From Promethearchaeota archaeon (GTDB lineage Archaea; Asgardarchaeota; Lokiarchaeia; Sigyniarchaeales; SOKP01): a DNA stretch of 64,000 nt. Of this stretch, positions 28,898 to 38,716 are shown piece after piece. The stretch is from positions 45,279 through 109,278 of the forward strand of contig JABCSY010000001.1 of the NCBI GenBank assembly GCA_018238625.1. The letters run 5' to 3'. The position numbers and the translations under genes are program-made. The notes under the pieces are model-generated. The model had not been told where the DNA came from and made no database searches. It saw only the letters and a list, made by a program, of their open reading frames with translations. Within the stretch, counting starts at the first letter, position 1, and each line of letters starts with the position of its first letter.

Positions 28898-29545
28898 ATG
28901 ACAGAATCAAAAATAAGTTTAAAGAAAAGAAAAGTTCGTAGCTTCATGCTGGCTTTTGAAAAAAAAGATAAAACAGAAGAAGCAATCGAGAACGAATTAG
29001 CTACAACGGGAATGGAGTACATTCAAATGAAATTACCCGTTGCTAAAATTACGCCCGAATTTGAGGAGATGCTTACAGAAAAAGTGGAGCATAATATTCT
29101 TCGAGCCAAGATAAGAGAAGCTAAAGTAGAGGATTTAGAAAGCATTGCTTATTTATATAACAGAAGTTGGCTTACGAGCTCAACGCCCTACTCTATGATT
29201 ACAATTGAATCTTTAAAAACAATTTTAGAATATCCAGAAACAATAATTTTAATAGCTAGAGTATATGGATCTGATGCCGCATTTGTTATACTAGACTATG
29301 AAGGACCTAAAAATGAATACGGTATAATCGCAGGACTAGGAGTAATCCCTCGTTTTCAACGTAAAGGGCTTGGGACAGTTATAGGTATGGCAGCATGGAA
29401 CTATTTTAAAAAGAAAGGCGTTAAAGAGCTTAGATGTGAAGTGTATAAAGACAATATAGTGTCTTACAACTTCATAAAATCTATAGGATTCGAGGAATTT
29501 GCTAGAAAAGTTTATAAAAGCGACGATTTTGATATTGACTCCTAA
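28898..29545 (+). CDS. GNAT-family N-acetyltransferase (tandem paralog)
   Basis: V.PRFQRKGLG; clearly homologous to 28148. Confidence 0.9.
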   Translation: MTESKISLKKRKVRSFMLAFEKKDKTEEAIENELATTGMEYIQMKLPVAKITPEFEEMLTEKVEHNILRAKIREAKVEDLESIAYLYNRSWLTSSTPYSMITIESLKTILEYPETIILIARVYGSDAAFVILDYEGPKNEYGIIAGLGVIPRFQRKGLGTVIGMAAWNYFKKKGVKELRCEVYKDNIVSYNFIKSIGFEEFARKVYKSDDFDIDS

Positions 29546-29574
29546 AATCATTTATTTCTAACTTTTTTCTAATA

Positions 29575-30999
29575 CTATCTATTTGGTTCAGTTTCCTTCA
29601 AAGAATTTATTTTCCCTAATACAAGATTTTTGTTATATTCGTCTTCTATTTCAGCATAATACTTTTTCGCCCTCTCAAAGTTACCTGAAGCAAGCTCAAA
29701 CATTTGATTAGAAACATAAATATCCCCTAATTTGTTCAAAATTTCTGCAGCCATCTTTGCATTGTTTAAACTTTCAAATATTTCTAAAGCTTCTTCAAAA
29801 GATAGTATCGCTTTTTGCTCATCTTGGATGTAATCTTGAAAAATTTTTGCGACTTCATATTTCATCTCAGCAATTTTGAGTTTATCTCCAAATTTTTGAT
29901 ATATTTCTGTAGAATAGCTATAATGTTCGATTGCTTTATCGTCTTCCCCTTTTAACGAATAAAACTTAGCTATTGTTTCAAAAACTATCCCTTCTTTAAC
30001 ATTCTCTCGAATTCCAAACGTTCTTATTGCTTCTAAGCTGTTTAATAGGTAATGTTCTGCCTCTGAATCGTTATCCCATAGCAAATGTAATTTTCCTAAA
30101 TAGAGAAAGGATTCCCATTCTAATTTTTTTTTTATAAAAATAGATATTTGGCTTTTTATAGTATCAACAAGCTCTAATACGTTGGTAAAGCTCTGATAGG
30201 ATTGGTCATAATACTCTTCTCCAAGGTAATAATATAATTTCCCATATTTTATACGAGTTTGAATGATCCCATAAACATCGTTGGTTTTCGTAAAGAATTC
30301 CAGGTTATTTTTCAATATTTTGGTAACACGGTCGTAATCCTTTAAAGAAATTAGGATTTCAACTAAATTACTTGAAGTTTTAATTGCTTCTAATTCTAGA
30401 TTTTCTTTTTCGGTTAAATCTAGCGCTTTTTGATAATATTTGTTAGAGCTTTTTAAATCATTGACTAAATAATAGACATTTCCTAAGTTATTCAAAACTT
30501 GAACTTTCTTCTGAATATCTTCAAGATCTTCTAAAATTATAAGAGCCCTATCAAAATGATAGATTGCTTGATCAAAGAATCCTGTTTCTTCATGAATTAT
30601 ACCTAATTCGTTATGACATATGACTGTGTTTAAGAATTCTTTTTCGTCAAGAAAATTTTCTAGTGCCAACTCTAAATTTTTTAAAGCGTTAGGGAAATCT
30701 CTTTTTTTATAAAATAAACTTGCTTTCTTTAATAAGAGATCTCCCATATTTTTTCCTAATCTTTCACTCTCTGCTAGTTGATCTTCTAATTCGCTCAGCT
30801 CGCGTTCAGTAACCTCATCGTCGAGAATGTTGATGTCATAATAATCTTCTTCAAGGTTGTTATTATAAAATGAAGCTTCATCGTGAGAGTCTCTTATATT
30901 TAATTCGTTATCAAGGTTCGTAATTAAGGGCTTATTACAATTACGGCAATAGGTCCAATGTAGCTCGATTGGCTTCTTACAAAATGGACAATATTTCAT
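29575..30999 (-). CDS. Zinc-ribbon plus TPR-repeat protein
   Basis: CPFC...CRNC at the N-terminus; repeated LG..Y/A...Y..AL units. Confidence 0.88.
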   Translation of the reverse strand: MKYCPFCKKPIELHWTYCRNCNKPLITNLDNELNIRDSHDEASFYNNNLEEDYYDINILDDEVTERELSELEDQLAESERLGKNMGDLLLKKASLFYKKRDFPNALKNLELALENFLDEKEFLNTVICHNELGIIHEETGFFDQAIYHFDRALIILEDLEDIQKKVQVLNNLGNVYYLVNDLKSSNKYYQKALDLTEKENLELEAIKTSSNLVEILISLKDYDRVTKILKNNLEFFTKTNDVYGIIQTRIKYGKLYYYLGEEYYDQSYQSFTNVLELVDTIKSQISIFIKKKLEWESFLYLGKLHLLWDNDSEAEHYLLNSLEAIRTFGIRENVKEGIVFETIAKFYSLKGEDDKAIEHYSYSTEIYQKFGDKLKIAEMKYEVAKIFQDYIQDEQKAILSFEEALEIFESLNNAKMAAEILNKLGDIYVSNQMFELASGNFERAKKYYAEIEDEYNKNLVLGKINSLKETEPNR

Positions 31000-31111
31000 T
31001 ACTGAGTGAACACTCTAAGTATTTTATTTAGATTACTTTAATTAAAAATGAAAATTCGTTCATTTATAATTTTTTAAATTGTGTTTTGAAACATGATTAT
31101 TTTCCAATTTA

Positions 31112-32044
31112 CTAGTTATTGTTATTTTTCCTAAGGTTTCGATAATTTCTTAGCTCTTTTTCTATTTTTTCCTCATTAAAACCTAATGATTTTAAAAGAA
31201 TTTTTATTTGAATAACTGAATTCTTTACTTTAAATTTTTCAGCAGTGCTTAATGCTTTAATATATACTTCTTTAGCATCATTCATCTTACCTTGGTAAAC
31301 CAAAATCTCCCCAACATATCCTAATCCTTTTAAAATCAGCTCTATATAATTTGAATCAATTGCAATATTAGTCCCTTTTTTAAAATATCTAATAGCTTGA
31401 TTAAAATCGCTCCCTCTTTTTTTAAGGATGCCTAAATTAAAATAAGAAACGATAGTACCCTTGTCATCTTCTAATTCTTTAAAAGCTTTGAGAATTTTTT
31501 TGTATAATTCAAATACAACATCCCAATTCTCTCGTTTTTCATGAATATAAATCAAATTACCTAAACAGTCCAATAAGTTGTAAATATCGTTGTATTCTGA
31601 ACATAAAGCGCTACATTCAAGTAAGTTATCACATGCTTCGTCAAATTGGTTTAATTTAATTAGATTGATCCCAATTCCTTTTAAGCAAGTAATTTGTTCT
31701 TGTACCTGATTAAACTCTTTATAAATTTCATGTGCCATATTGTAATAATCAATAGATTTCTGGTATGCTTCACTTTTGAAATGTAAAATTCCTAGAATCC
31801 CATAAACAGCAGCTTTTCCTAATTTATCTTTTTGTTTTATGAAATGTTTTAAACAAACTTGTAAATTTTTTTCTGAGTTTGTGTATTGTTCAACTTCAAG
31901 TTGCAAGAATGCTAAATTACTTAATTCTTTAATATATCCTGAGTGTTTACCGTGCTTTTCTAATTCTTTTAATCTCTCTTCAGTTTCTTTAATTAATCTT
32001 TCGATTTCTTCTCTTGTTAGCTCAATTTGTTCTTTAACGTGAAT
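31112..32044 (-). CDS. TPR-repeat protein (track ORF starts at 31906; frame is open back to a stop at 32056; candidate ATT start at 32044)
   Basis: TPR consensus repeats; upstream in-frame helical sequence and GGTGA SD. Confidence 0.8.
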   Translation of the reverse strand: MHVKEQIELTREEIERLIKETEERLKELEKHGKHSGYIKELSNLAFLQLEVEQYTNSEKNLQVCLKHFIKQKDKLGKAAVYGILGILHFKSEAYQKSIDYYNMAHEIYKEFNQVQEQITCLKGIGINLIKLNQFDEACDNLLECSALCSEYNDIYNLLDCLGNLIYIHEKRENWDVVFELYKKILKAFKELEDDKGTIVSYFNLGILKKRGSDFNQAIRYFKKGTNIAIDSNYIELILKGLGYVGEILVYQGKMNDAKEVYIKALSTAEKFKVKNSVIQIKILLKSLGFNEEKIEKELRNYRNLRKNNNN

Positions 32045-32090
32045 ATTCTTATTTCACCATTTAGTTTTATTATTTCCTTATGCAATCTTC

Positions 32091-32549
32091 TTATAATATA
32101 TCTTCTAAAATCATTGCAGAATCTTTTACATATTGAAAGCACTTCTTTTCAAAAAAATCATTTTGATCGTAGTAGTCTTTTCCTTCAGGCGTATTGATAT
32201 CACAACCAAGCAATTCTTTACAAACTATTGAGCCATGAATTTCTTGAAATCGATTTGAGAATTCTCTTATGACTTGATATGTCTTTTCTCTCGCTTCTGT
32301 ATCGTCATTTATTCCCATACCATATCTTAAACCAATAGCCATAAAAGCCCCAGACACTGCACCACAGGTATTCTGTAACCGAGCCATTCCCCCTCCAAAT
32401 CCGGTAGATAATCTTAGAGCTGTATTTCTATCTAATCCATATTGAGTGGTAAAAGAACTTAATATTGATTGAGCACAATTAAAATTTCCTCTAAAGGAAG
32501 AAATAGCTTTTTCTATTCCGGATATTTCGAACAACTCCTTTTTTTTCAT
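32091..32549 (-). CDS. C_GCAxxG_C_C family putative redox-active protein
   Basis: NCAQS, GFGGG, TCGAVSG, C..LLG and a terminal Cys. Confidence 0.9.
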   Translation of the reverse strand: MKKKELFEISGIEKAISSFRGNFNCAQSILSSFTTQYGLDRNTALRLSTGFGGGMARLQNTCGAVSGAFMAIGLRYGMGINDDTEAREKTYQVIREFSNRFQEIHGSIVCKELLGCDINTPEGKDYYDQNDFFEKKCFQYVKDSAMILEDIL

Positions 32550-32646
32550 AAATATTTCAATTTAAATGTATAAGAAATATAAAATTTCTTACCATTATTT
32601 AATTAATGAATTAATTGATAATTTTTTGACAAAGTACTGATTTAAA

Positions 32647-33747
32647 ATGAAATTTAAAGCAAGATTGTGGGATTCACTGGAAGATAATAAAGTAAAATGT
32701 CATGTTTGCGCCAATGAGTGTGTTATCCTACCCGGAAAAGTAGGAATTTGCAGAACTCGAAAAAATTTTGATGGAGAATTATTTACTCTTATATATGGAT
32801 CAATGATATCTAGTGGAAGTTTAGACCCGATTGAAAAGAAACCTTTATATAATTTTTGGCCTGGTGCTACAGCTTATTCGATCGCTTCCATAGGGTGTTC
32901 TTTTAAATGCCAGAATTGCCAAAATTGGAATATAAGCCAGGCAACTCCTTCTGATAACGGTAAAAATGGGTTTTATTCTTTAGAAGGACTAGAAAATCGA
33001 AAAATGTCTTTAGTAGAAATAACACCAGAACAACTTGTTAAAAATGTTAAAAAAAGCGGCGCTACAACATTGGCATACACATATAACGAACCATTAATCT
33101 GGCACGAATGGATATTAGATACCACGGTATTACTTAAACAAGAAAATATTAAAACTATTTTAGTCACAAACGGATATTCTACGATAGAAGCTACAAAAGA
33201 GTTAATTGAGGTTGGAATTGATGCTGCTAACATCGATATAAAATCTATGTCAGATGAGTTCTATAAGACAATATGTGGCGTTAAATCAGTACAGCCTGTT
33301 TTGGACACTGCAATAAGATTGAAATCAAATGGAATTCATGTAGAAATCACCAACCTGATCATTCCAGAGTTGAACGATAGCAACGCTGAAATTGAAAAAT
33401 TATCTAATTGGATTGTCGAGAATCTAGGAGTTAATACCCCTACACACTTCTCTGCTTATCATCCAGACTTTAAGCAGCCTTCTATAAAAAGAACTCCATT
33501 TAAAACCTTAGATAATGCTTATAAGATCGCCAAAAGAGCAGGTATAAATTACGTATATGTTGGCAATATAAAACACGAAAAAGGAGGTAATACTTACTGT
33601 CCAAACTGTAATCATTTAATTATAGGTAGAAGCGGTTACAGATTTACTAAAATTGATATTACAGACGCAAAACATTGCCCGAAGTGTCAATACGATTTAA
33701 GTAAAGATATTAAAGGAAAAATTAGCGGAAAATCCTCTCTTAGATAA
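32647..33747 (+). CDS. amrS: AmmeMemoRadiSam system radical SAM enzyme (PFL-activase-like)
   Basis: C..C...C N-terminus, DPIEKKPL, CSFKCQNCQN, YTYNEP, TYCPNC. Confidence 0.9.
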   Translation: MKFKARLWDSLEDNKVKCHVCANECVILPGKVGICRTRKNFDGELFTLIYGSMISSGSLDPIEKKPLYNFWPGATAYSIASIGCSFKCQNCQNWNISQATPSDNGKNGFYSLEGLENRKMSLVEITPEQLVKNVKKSGATTLAYTYNEPLIWHEWILDTTVLLKQENIKTILVTNGYSTIEATKELIEVGIDAANIDIKSMSDEFYKTICGVKSVQPVLDTAIRLKSNGIHVEITNLIIPELNDSNAEIEKLSNWIVENLGVNTPTHFSAYHPDFKQPSIKRTPFKTLDNAYKIAKRAGINYVYVGNIKHEKGGNTYCPNCNHLIIGRSGYRFTKIDITDAKHCPKCQYDLSKDIKGKISGKSSLR

Positions 33748-33795
33748 TATTAGATGTAAACAAAAAAGAAAAAATATAATAAATAATAAAAAAAA

Positions 33796-34467
33796 TTAGA
33801 AAATTCCTGAAATTGAAACTCCTACGACTAGGAGCAAGAATCCTTGGATCAAACAAAATCCTGCGACTATAAACGCTAAAACTGGCCATGAAATTGCCTT
33901 CGAAATTGACATTAAAGCTCCAATGTAAAATTTTACTGTAAGTGCGACAATTGCAAACACTACAATAAAAATAATTACTAATAGCAACTTTGGATTAATA
34001 TATACTGCAATTACTTGAACAACATGGTCAGGAATAGCCATTGAAGTAACGACGACGACTATAGAGGCTAATAAAATTCCTAAAACGCTTGAAATAGGGA
34101 GATCGTTTAATGGTTTTAAAAGCGTTAGTGTCCCTAGAATGATAAGGAAAACAGAAGTAAATATACTTTTAGTGTCTTGAGTATTAGCCGCGTATGCTAC
34201 GCTTGGCGCTTGATCGAGAATAAGCCCACCAACACCGCTAAGTAAACCAAAAATACCGACAACTATTCCTAAATATGTGAAAAATTTCAAGAACTTTGTA
34301 ACATCGAAGTTCCAATCCTCTACCTTTCTATTTTTGACGGACCCTCTTCTTTTAGCTTCGTAAACTGCGTAGACTAACCACATAGCGCCAAGAACTAACG
34401 TAAAGAATCCAGCGAATTCTGCTAAAGGTCTTAAAAAACTTTCTGTAAAATCAAATTGATATATCAA
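33796..34467 (-). CDS. Multi-pass membrane protein of unknown function
   Basis: About 6 hydrophobic helices. Confidence 0.75.
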   Translation of the reverse strand: MIYQFDFTESFLRPLAEFAGFFTLVLGAMWLVYAVYEAKRRGSVKNRKVEDWNFDVTKFLKFFTYLGIVVGIFGLLSGVGGLILDQAPSVAYAANTQDTKSIFTSVFLIILGTLTLLKPLNDLPISSVLGILLASIVVVVTSMAIPDHVVQVIAVYINPKLLLVIIFIVVFAIVALTVKFYIGALMSISKAISWPVLAFIVAGFCLIQGFLLLVVGVSISGIF

Positions 34468-34593
34468 TAAATTTCACTCTTTTAAATTTGTTATTATGTT
34501 GAATATTACTTTTTAAGTATTTATATTTCATCTAGTCCAATTTTTAAGATGCATGATATTGAATAAAGTGTAAAAATAAGATTTGTTCTATAA

Positions 34594-36288
34594 TTATAGT
34601 ATGAATGAAACTGTTTTCTTAATGTAATCCAAATAATTATTGATTTCTTTTTTGGTTGTTTCGTCACTCCAAGAATATTCTTTCTGCATAATCTTTGCCA
34701 CTTTTTCTGCGGCTTCCGAAGTGTCTCGATGGTGTATCCAGAGCGACATTTCTGTTCGTCGGCAGAACACATCTATCAAATGAGGTGTTAATTCGTATCT
34801 TAACACGTAAACAATTTCCGCCTTAATAAAGTTGTTGTCTTCCATCACTCGTTCTTTTAGTGATTCATCCTCTTTTATCATATCGAGGATTTTAATGGCA
34901 CCTTTTCCATATTGTTGATATAAGTGATCCGCAATATCCTCATCTAAAACAATACCTGAACTTTTTAATTTATCCGGCCAATCTTCTTTCTTTAGCCCTA
35001 TAATGAATGGTTGCCTTGACCAATATTTCTCTCTTTTAATATCGAGAAAGATTTTCCTTTTTTCAACATGCTCAAATAAATCTTCCGCCATAGCACGCCA
35101 TGTTGTTAACTTTCCCCCCGTTATGGTGAGTAATCCATCATCAGAGAAAAAAACAAGATGTTTTCGGGAGACTTCGCTTTCAAGTTTTCCTTTTTGCATT
35201 ACTAATGGTCTTATTCCAGCATAAGTGGAAAGAATATTTTTATATTCTAATTCCGCGCTTGGAAAATAATATTTTACAGAATGAATTAAATAATCTGCAT
35301 CCTCTTTATTACAATATGGATTAGCTAATTCATCTTGATAATCTGTATCCGTTGTCCCTATAAGGGTAAAATCTTTATCTCTTGGTAAAACAAAGAAAGC
35401 TCTCCCATCTGAAATTGAGTTGATAATAGTTGCCATTCGGTTTTTTATATGCTTTCGCCTATATAATAGGTGTACCCCTTTAGTGGGACGAATTAGGGGT
35501 TGAGGGACTTCTTCGGGACGCTTTTCTAGTAATTTATCAGTCCAAATACCAGTTGCATTTACAACCAAAGTTGCTTTCACTTCAAAATCAAGATTACTTT
35601 CCAAATCTCTACACTTTACGCTTAATATCTTTCCATTATCTTTAACATAACCGGTTACTTTGCAATAATTTACTGCGGTTGTACCTCTTATTATCGCTTC
35701 TTTAAGTACCTCAATTGTCAATCTTACATCGTCAACATTGGTATCGTAGTAGACAGCCCCCCCTAAATTTCCCTCCTTAATATATTCAGGTTCCATTTCA
35801 AAAATTTCTTCTGGAGTATAAAATTGATGCTTCTTAAAATTTTTAAATTCTGAATTTTTATCGCTTAAAAAATCATAAACCTTAACTGCAGCTTTTATGT
35901 CCCGTTTTTTGTATTTCCCACCTTCTATTTCTATAAAAAGAAATGGAATTGGTCTGATTATATGGGGAATATGAGCTCGCATCCAATTTCTCTCTTGAGT
36001 AGCTTCCTTTACCAAGTCAAGGTCTCCGTGGGCAATATATCTTATTCCACCATGGGCTAATTTGGAGCTTCTTGAAGATGTGCCTGCTGAAAAATCTTGC
36101 ATATCTACTATAGCTACTTTAAGCCCCCTCATCGCTGCTTCTCGAGCTACCCCAACTCCCGTAATTCCTGCCCCTATTATAAAAATGTCGAAACTTTCTT
36201 CTCTTAATTTCTTAATAAAAACATCTCTGTTTTTATAATTCCAAGTTGGATCAAATAATTTTTTTTCCAAATCTTCCATTTTAACCAT
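34594..36288 (-). CDS. glpD: FAD-dependent glycerol-3-phosphate dehydrogenase (GlpD/GlpA family)
   Basis: GAGITG, GTSSRSSKLAHGGIRY, NATGIW.D, KGVH, GTTD, GGKLTTWR.MAE. Confidence 0.92.
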   Translation of the reverse strand: MVKMEDLEKKLFDPTWNYKNRDVFIKKLREESFDIFIIGAGITGVGVAREAAMRGLKVAIVDMQDFSAGTSSRSSKLAHGGIRYIAHGDLDLVKEATQERNWMRAHIPHIIRPIPFLFIEIEGGKYKKRDIKAAVKVYDFLSDKNSEFKNFKKHQFYTPEEIFEMEPEYIKEGNLGGAVYYDTNVDDVRLTIEVLKEAIIRGTTAVNYCKVTGYVKDNGKILSVKCRDLESNLDFEVKATLVVNATGIWTDKLLEKRPEEVPQPLIRPTKGVHLLYRRKHIKNRMATIINSISDGRAFFVLPRDKDFTLIGTTDTDYQDELANPYCNKEDADYLIHSVKYYFPSAELEYKNILSTYAGIRPLVMQKGKLESEVSRKHLVFFSDDGLLTITGGKLTTWRAMAEDLFEHVEKRKIFLDIKREKYWSRQPFIIGLKKEDWPDKLKSSGIVLDEDIADHLYQQYGKGAIKILDMIKEDESLKERVMEDNNFIKAEIVYVLRYELTPHLIDVFCRRTEMSLWIHHRDTSEAAEKVAKIMQKEYSWSDETTKKEINNYLDYIKKTVSFIL

Positions 36289-36407
36289 GTTTAGAAAGTT
36301 CCGGACTATAAATAAGGTTTCTTAATGTTTCTATTATCAATACATTTGATTTTTAAGGTATAAATAAATTGAAATACTTGTAATCTAATTGTTTTATATA
36401 TTATAAG

Positions 36408-36848
36408 GTGATTAAAATGCTAAATTCAGAATTATTAAATGAAGTTAAATTGAAATTATCTGATGGTAGCGCTATACCTGGAGATTGTCTCAAACTTTTC
36501 GAAATATATAAACAGATTTCATCAGAACATGCGGGATTAAGAGAAGAATTCGAAGATATGGCCATGTTAGATATGGATTTCTTAGGACAAATAATCATAT
36601 CTGACGAAAACAAGAAATATTGGCTTAAATTCAAAGAGGGTAAAGTGGATTATGGAGAAGGTGATGTTACTAATCCTTCATTAGCCTTTACAACCAACAT
36701 GGCGACATTTACAGGAATTCTTTTTGGAACAATTGAGATTTCTGGTGCGCATGAAGCCGGAGATGTTAGTTTTGATGGTGGCAGTGAAGCCTTAATGGAT
36801 CTTCAGGCTATTACATCAGTTTTGAATGATTTTTTACAAAATATTTAA
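36408..36848 (+). CDS. SCP2 sterol/lipid-binding domain protein
   Basis: GEGDV.NPS..F......F..I..G.......G.V...G pattern of SCP2. Confidence 0.75.
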   Translation: MIKMLNSELLNEVKLKLSDGSAIPGDCLKLFEIYKQISSEHAGLREEFEDMAMLDMDFLGQIIISDENKKYWLKFKEGKVDYGEGDVTNPSLAFTTNMATFTGILFGTIEISGAHEAGDVSFDGGSEALMDLQAITSVLNDFLQNI

Positions 36849-38710
36849 CGAACCCCCCATAACTGCCCAGATGCTCGTTGTGCTCTATCTAATTGAGAGT
36901 CTTTTTTATTCAATCGAGCTCTACCAGTTTTTGTGTCCCTTCGGAAAGTTACATCAATTTCTTTCAGAAAGAGGTTCATCCCTTCGCGTTTATTTAAGGG
37001 TCCAATGGTTTTTCCATGAACTCCTGGCTTTCCAGTAAAAAGAAGAAGTCGGTCAATTAAAGTATCAGCGATTTGAATATCGTGTTCTATACAAATAGCA
37101 ACAGCATTATTTCTTTTTGTAATAGTACGAATTATTTGACCTATATGAATTCTTTCTTCTACATCAAGATATGCTGAAGGCTCATCAAGAATATATAGAT
37201 CTGCGCGTTTAGCAAGGCAATAACATATAAACACACGCTGAAGTTCACCTCCTGAGAGTGCTGATATTTGTAAATCGAATAATTTATCAACACCTAAAGG
37301 TCTATATAATACTCGTAAAATTTCTTCAGAAAAATTGTAGTTTAGAGACCGTTCTATGATGAAATCTCTCACAGTTTGAGAAGATTCTTGAGTAATATAT
37401 TGTGGTTTGTAAGAGACAATAGCTTGAATTCCTTCAAAATCAGATCCAAAGTCTGGTTGGAGCTCACCCGCAAGGATTTTTGCAAAGGTAGACTTACCAC
37501 ATCCATTTTCACCAACAATACCCAAAATCTCAGAAGCATAAATAGTTCCAGGGTTCACAGATAAATGAAACGACTCAAAAGTCTTTGAAATATTTCCATA
37601 ACGCGCAAAAATCTTCGCGTTGCTCCATGTCCGACCGCTAGTTGAGCGTTTAAAGCCATATTCTTTTTCTCGGAACTCTATGTTTTCTGCCTTTAAAAAA
37701 CCAGTTAAATACGCGTTAATACCCTTTTTTGTTGTCAAAGGTTTTGAGATAATGCCAAATTGATGAGGTACCCCATAAAACAGTTGGATTACATCTGATA
37801 GATAATCTAATATCGCTAAATCGTGCTCAACTACTAATATAGGACATTGTTTCTCATTCCCAAACCCTTGAGCACGCTCGCGCAATAATTGGGCTAATTT
37901 GATTCGTTTTTGTACATCTAGAAAAGTACATGGTTCGTCAATAATGTAAATATCTGCTTCTTTAATAAGAACGGAAGCAATAGCAAATCTCTGCAACTCT
38001 CCACCAGAACATTGCTCTAGAATTCGATTAGCAATAGCACTTATGTCCAAATAATCTCGAATCTTATTGAAAAATAATAAACTTACTTCATTTTCTGCAT
38101 TTAAAATGTCAATAACTTTCTTTCCTTGATATTTTTCAAACAAAACGCGCAGAATTTGTTGTTTATATGCGATTTTTCTATAATTTTGGGACAAGCTTGT
38201 AAAATGATTTCGCATTTCACTTTCTTTTACTTTTTTTATGACATCTTTCCATTGGATTTGATTAGATTTTAAATCAGAATTTCCAAAATTTGGTTTTAAT
38301 TTTCCTGAAATTATATTTAAGACAGTGGTCTTTCCTATTCCGTTTGGACCGCATAATCCGGAAACTTTTCCCGAGATCAGAGTTGGCAAATTATATAGAC
38401 GAAAACCCTCTGATTCTTCCTCGTTGGGATATTTATGAGTAGGAACCAATTCAGTTGGCTCTTCTAAAACATTTTTTACATATATTGCTTTTGCAGGGCA
38501 AACATTGACGCACACACCACATTTCAAGCAAGTTTCGCTATTTATTTTAATTTGTTTTGTAGATTTTTGAAACCAAATCGGGACTTCTTGCTTCTTCTTA
38601 TTTGGTTTTAATCTTGCGTTTGAAAGCGTTATGGGACATTTCTTAATGCATTGTCGGCCGCAAAACCGTAGATTACAAGAATCGTAATCAACCAAATAAA
38701 CTTTTTTCAT
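36845..38710 (-). CDS. ABCE1/RLI-family Fe-S ATPase (divergent)
   Basis: N-terminal eight-Cys Fe-S domain; two NBDs (GPNGIGKT and GENGCGKS, SGGELQR twice); TFRRD tail. Confidence 0.92.
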   Translation of the reverse strand: MKKVYLVDYDSCNLRFCGRQCIKKCPITLSNARLKPNKKKQEVPIWFQKSTKQIKINSETCLKCGVCVNVCPAKAIYVKNVLEEPTELVPTHKYPNEEESEGFRLYNLPTLISGKVSGLCGPNGIGKTTVLNIISGKLKPNFGNSDLKSNQIQWKDVIKKVKESEMRNHFTSLSQNYRKIAYKQQILRVLFEKYQGKKVIDILNAENEVSLLFFNKIRDYLDISAIANRILEQCSGGELQRFAIASVLIKEADIYIIDEPCTFLDVQKRIKLAQLLRERAQGFGNEKQCPILVVEHDLAILDYLSDVIQLFYGVPHQFGIISKPLTTKKGINAYLTGFLKAENIEFREKEYGFKRSTSGRTWSNAKIFARYGNISKTFESFHLSVNPGTIYASEILGIVGENGCGKSTFAKILAGELQPDFGSDFEGIQAIVSYKPQYITQESSQTVRDFIIERSLNYNFSEEILRVLYRPLGVDKLFDLQISALSGGELQRVFICYCLAKRADLYILDEPSAYLDVEERIHIGQIIRTITKRNNAVAICIEHDIQIADTLIDRLLLFTGKPGVHGKTIGPLNKREGMNLFLKEIDVTFRRDTKTGRARLNKKDSQLDRAQRASGQLWGVR

Positions 38711-38716
38711 TGTATT

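Noticed and set aside
32647-33747. Complete AmmeMemoRadiSam system
   Set aside because: AMMECR1 and Memo partners are not in the window; a solitary amrS is common in archaea.
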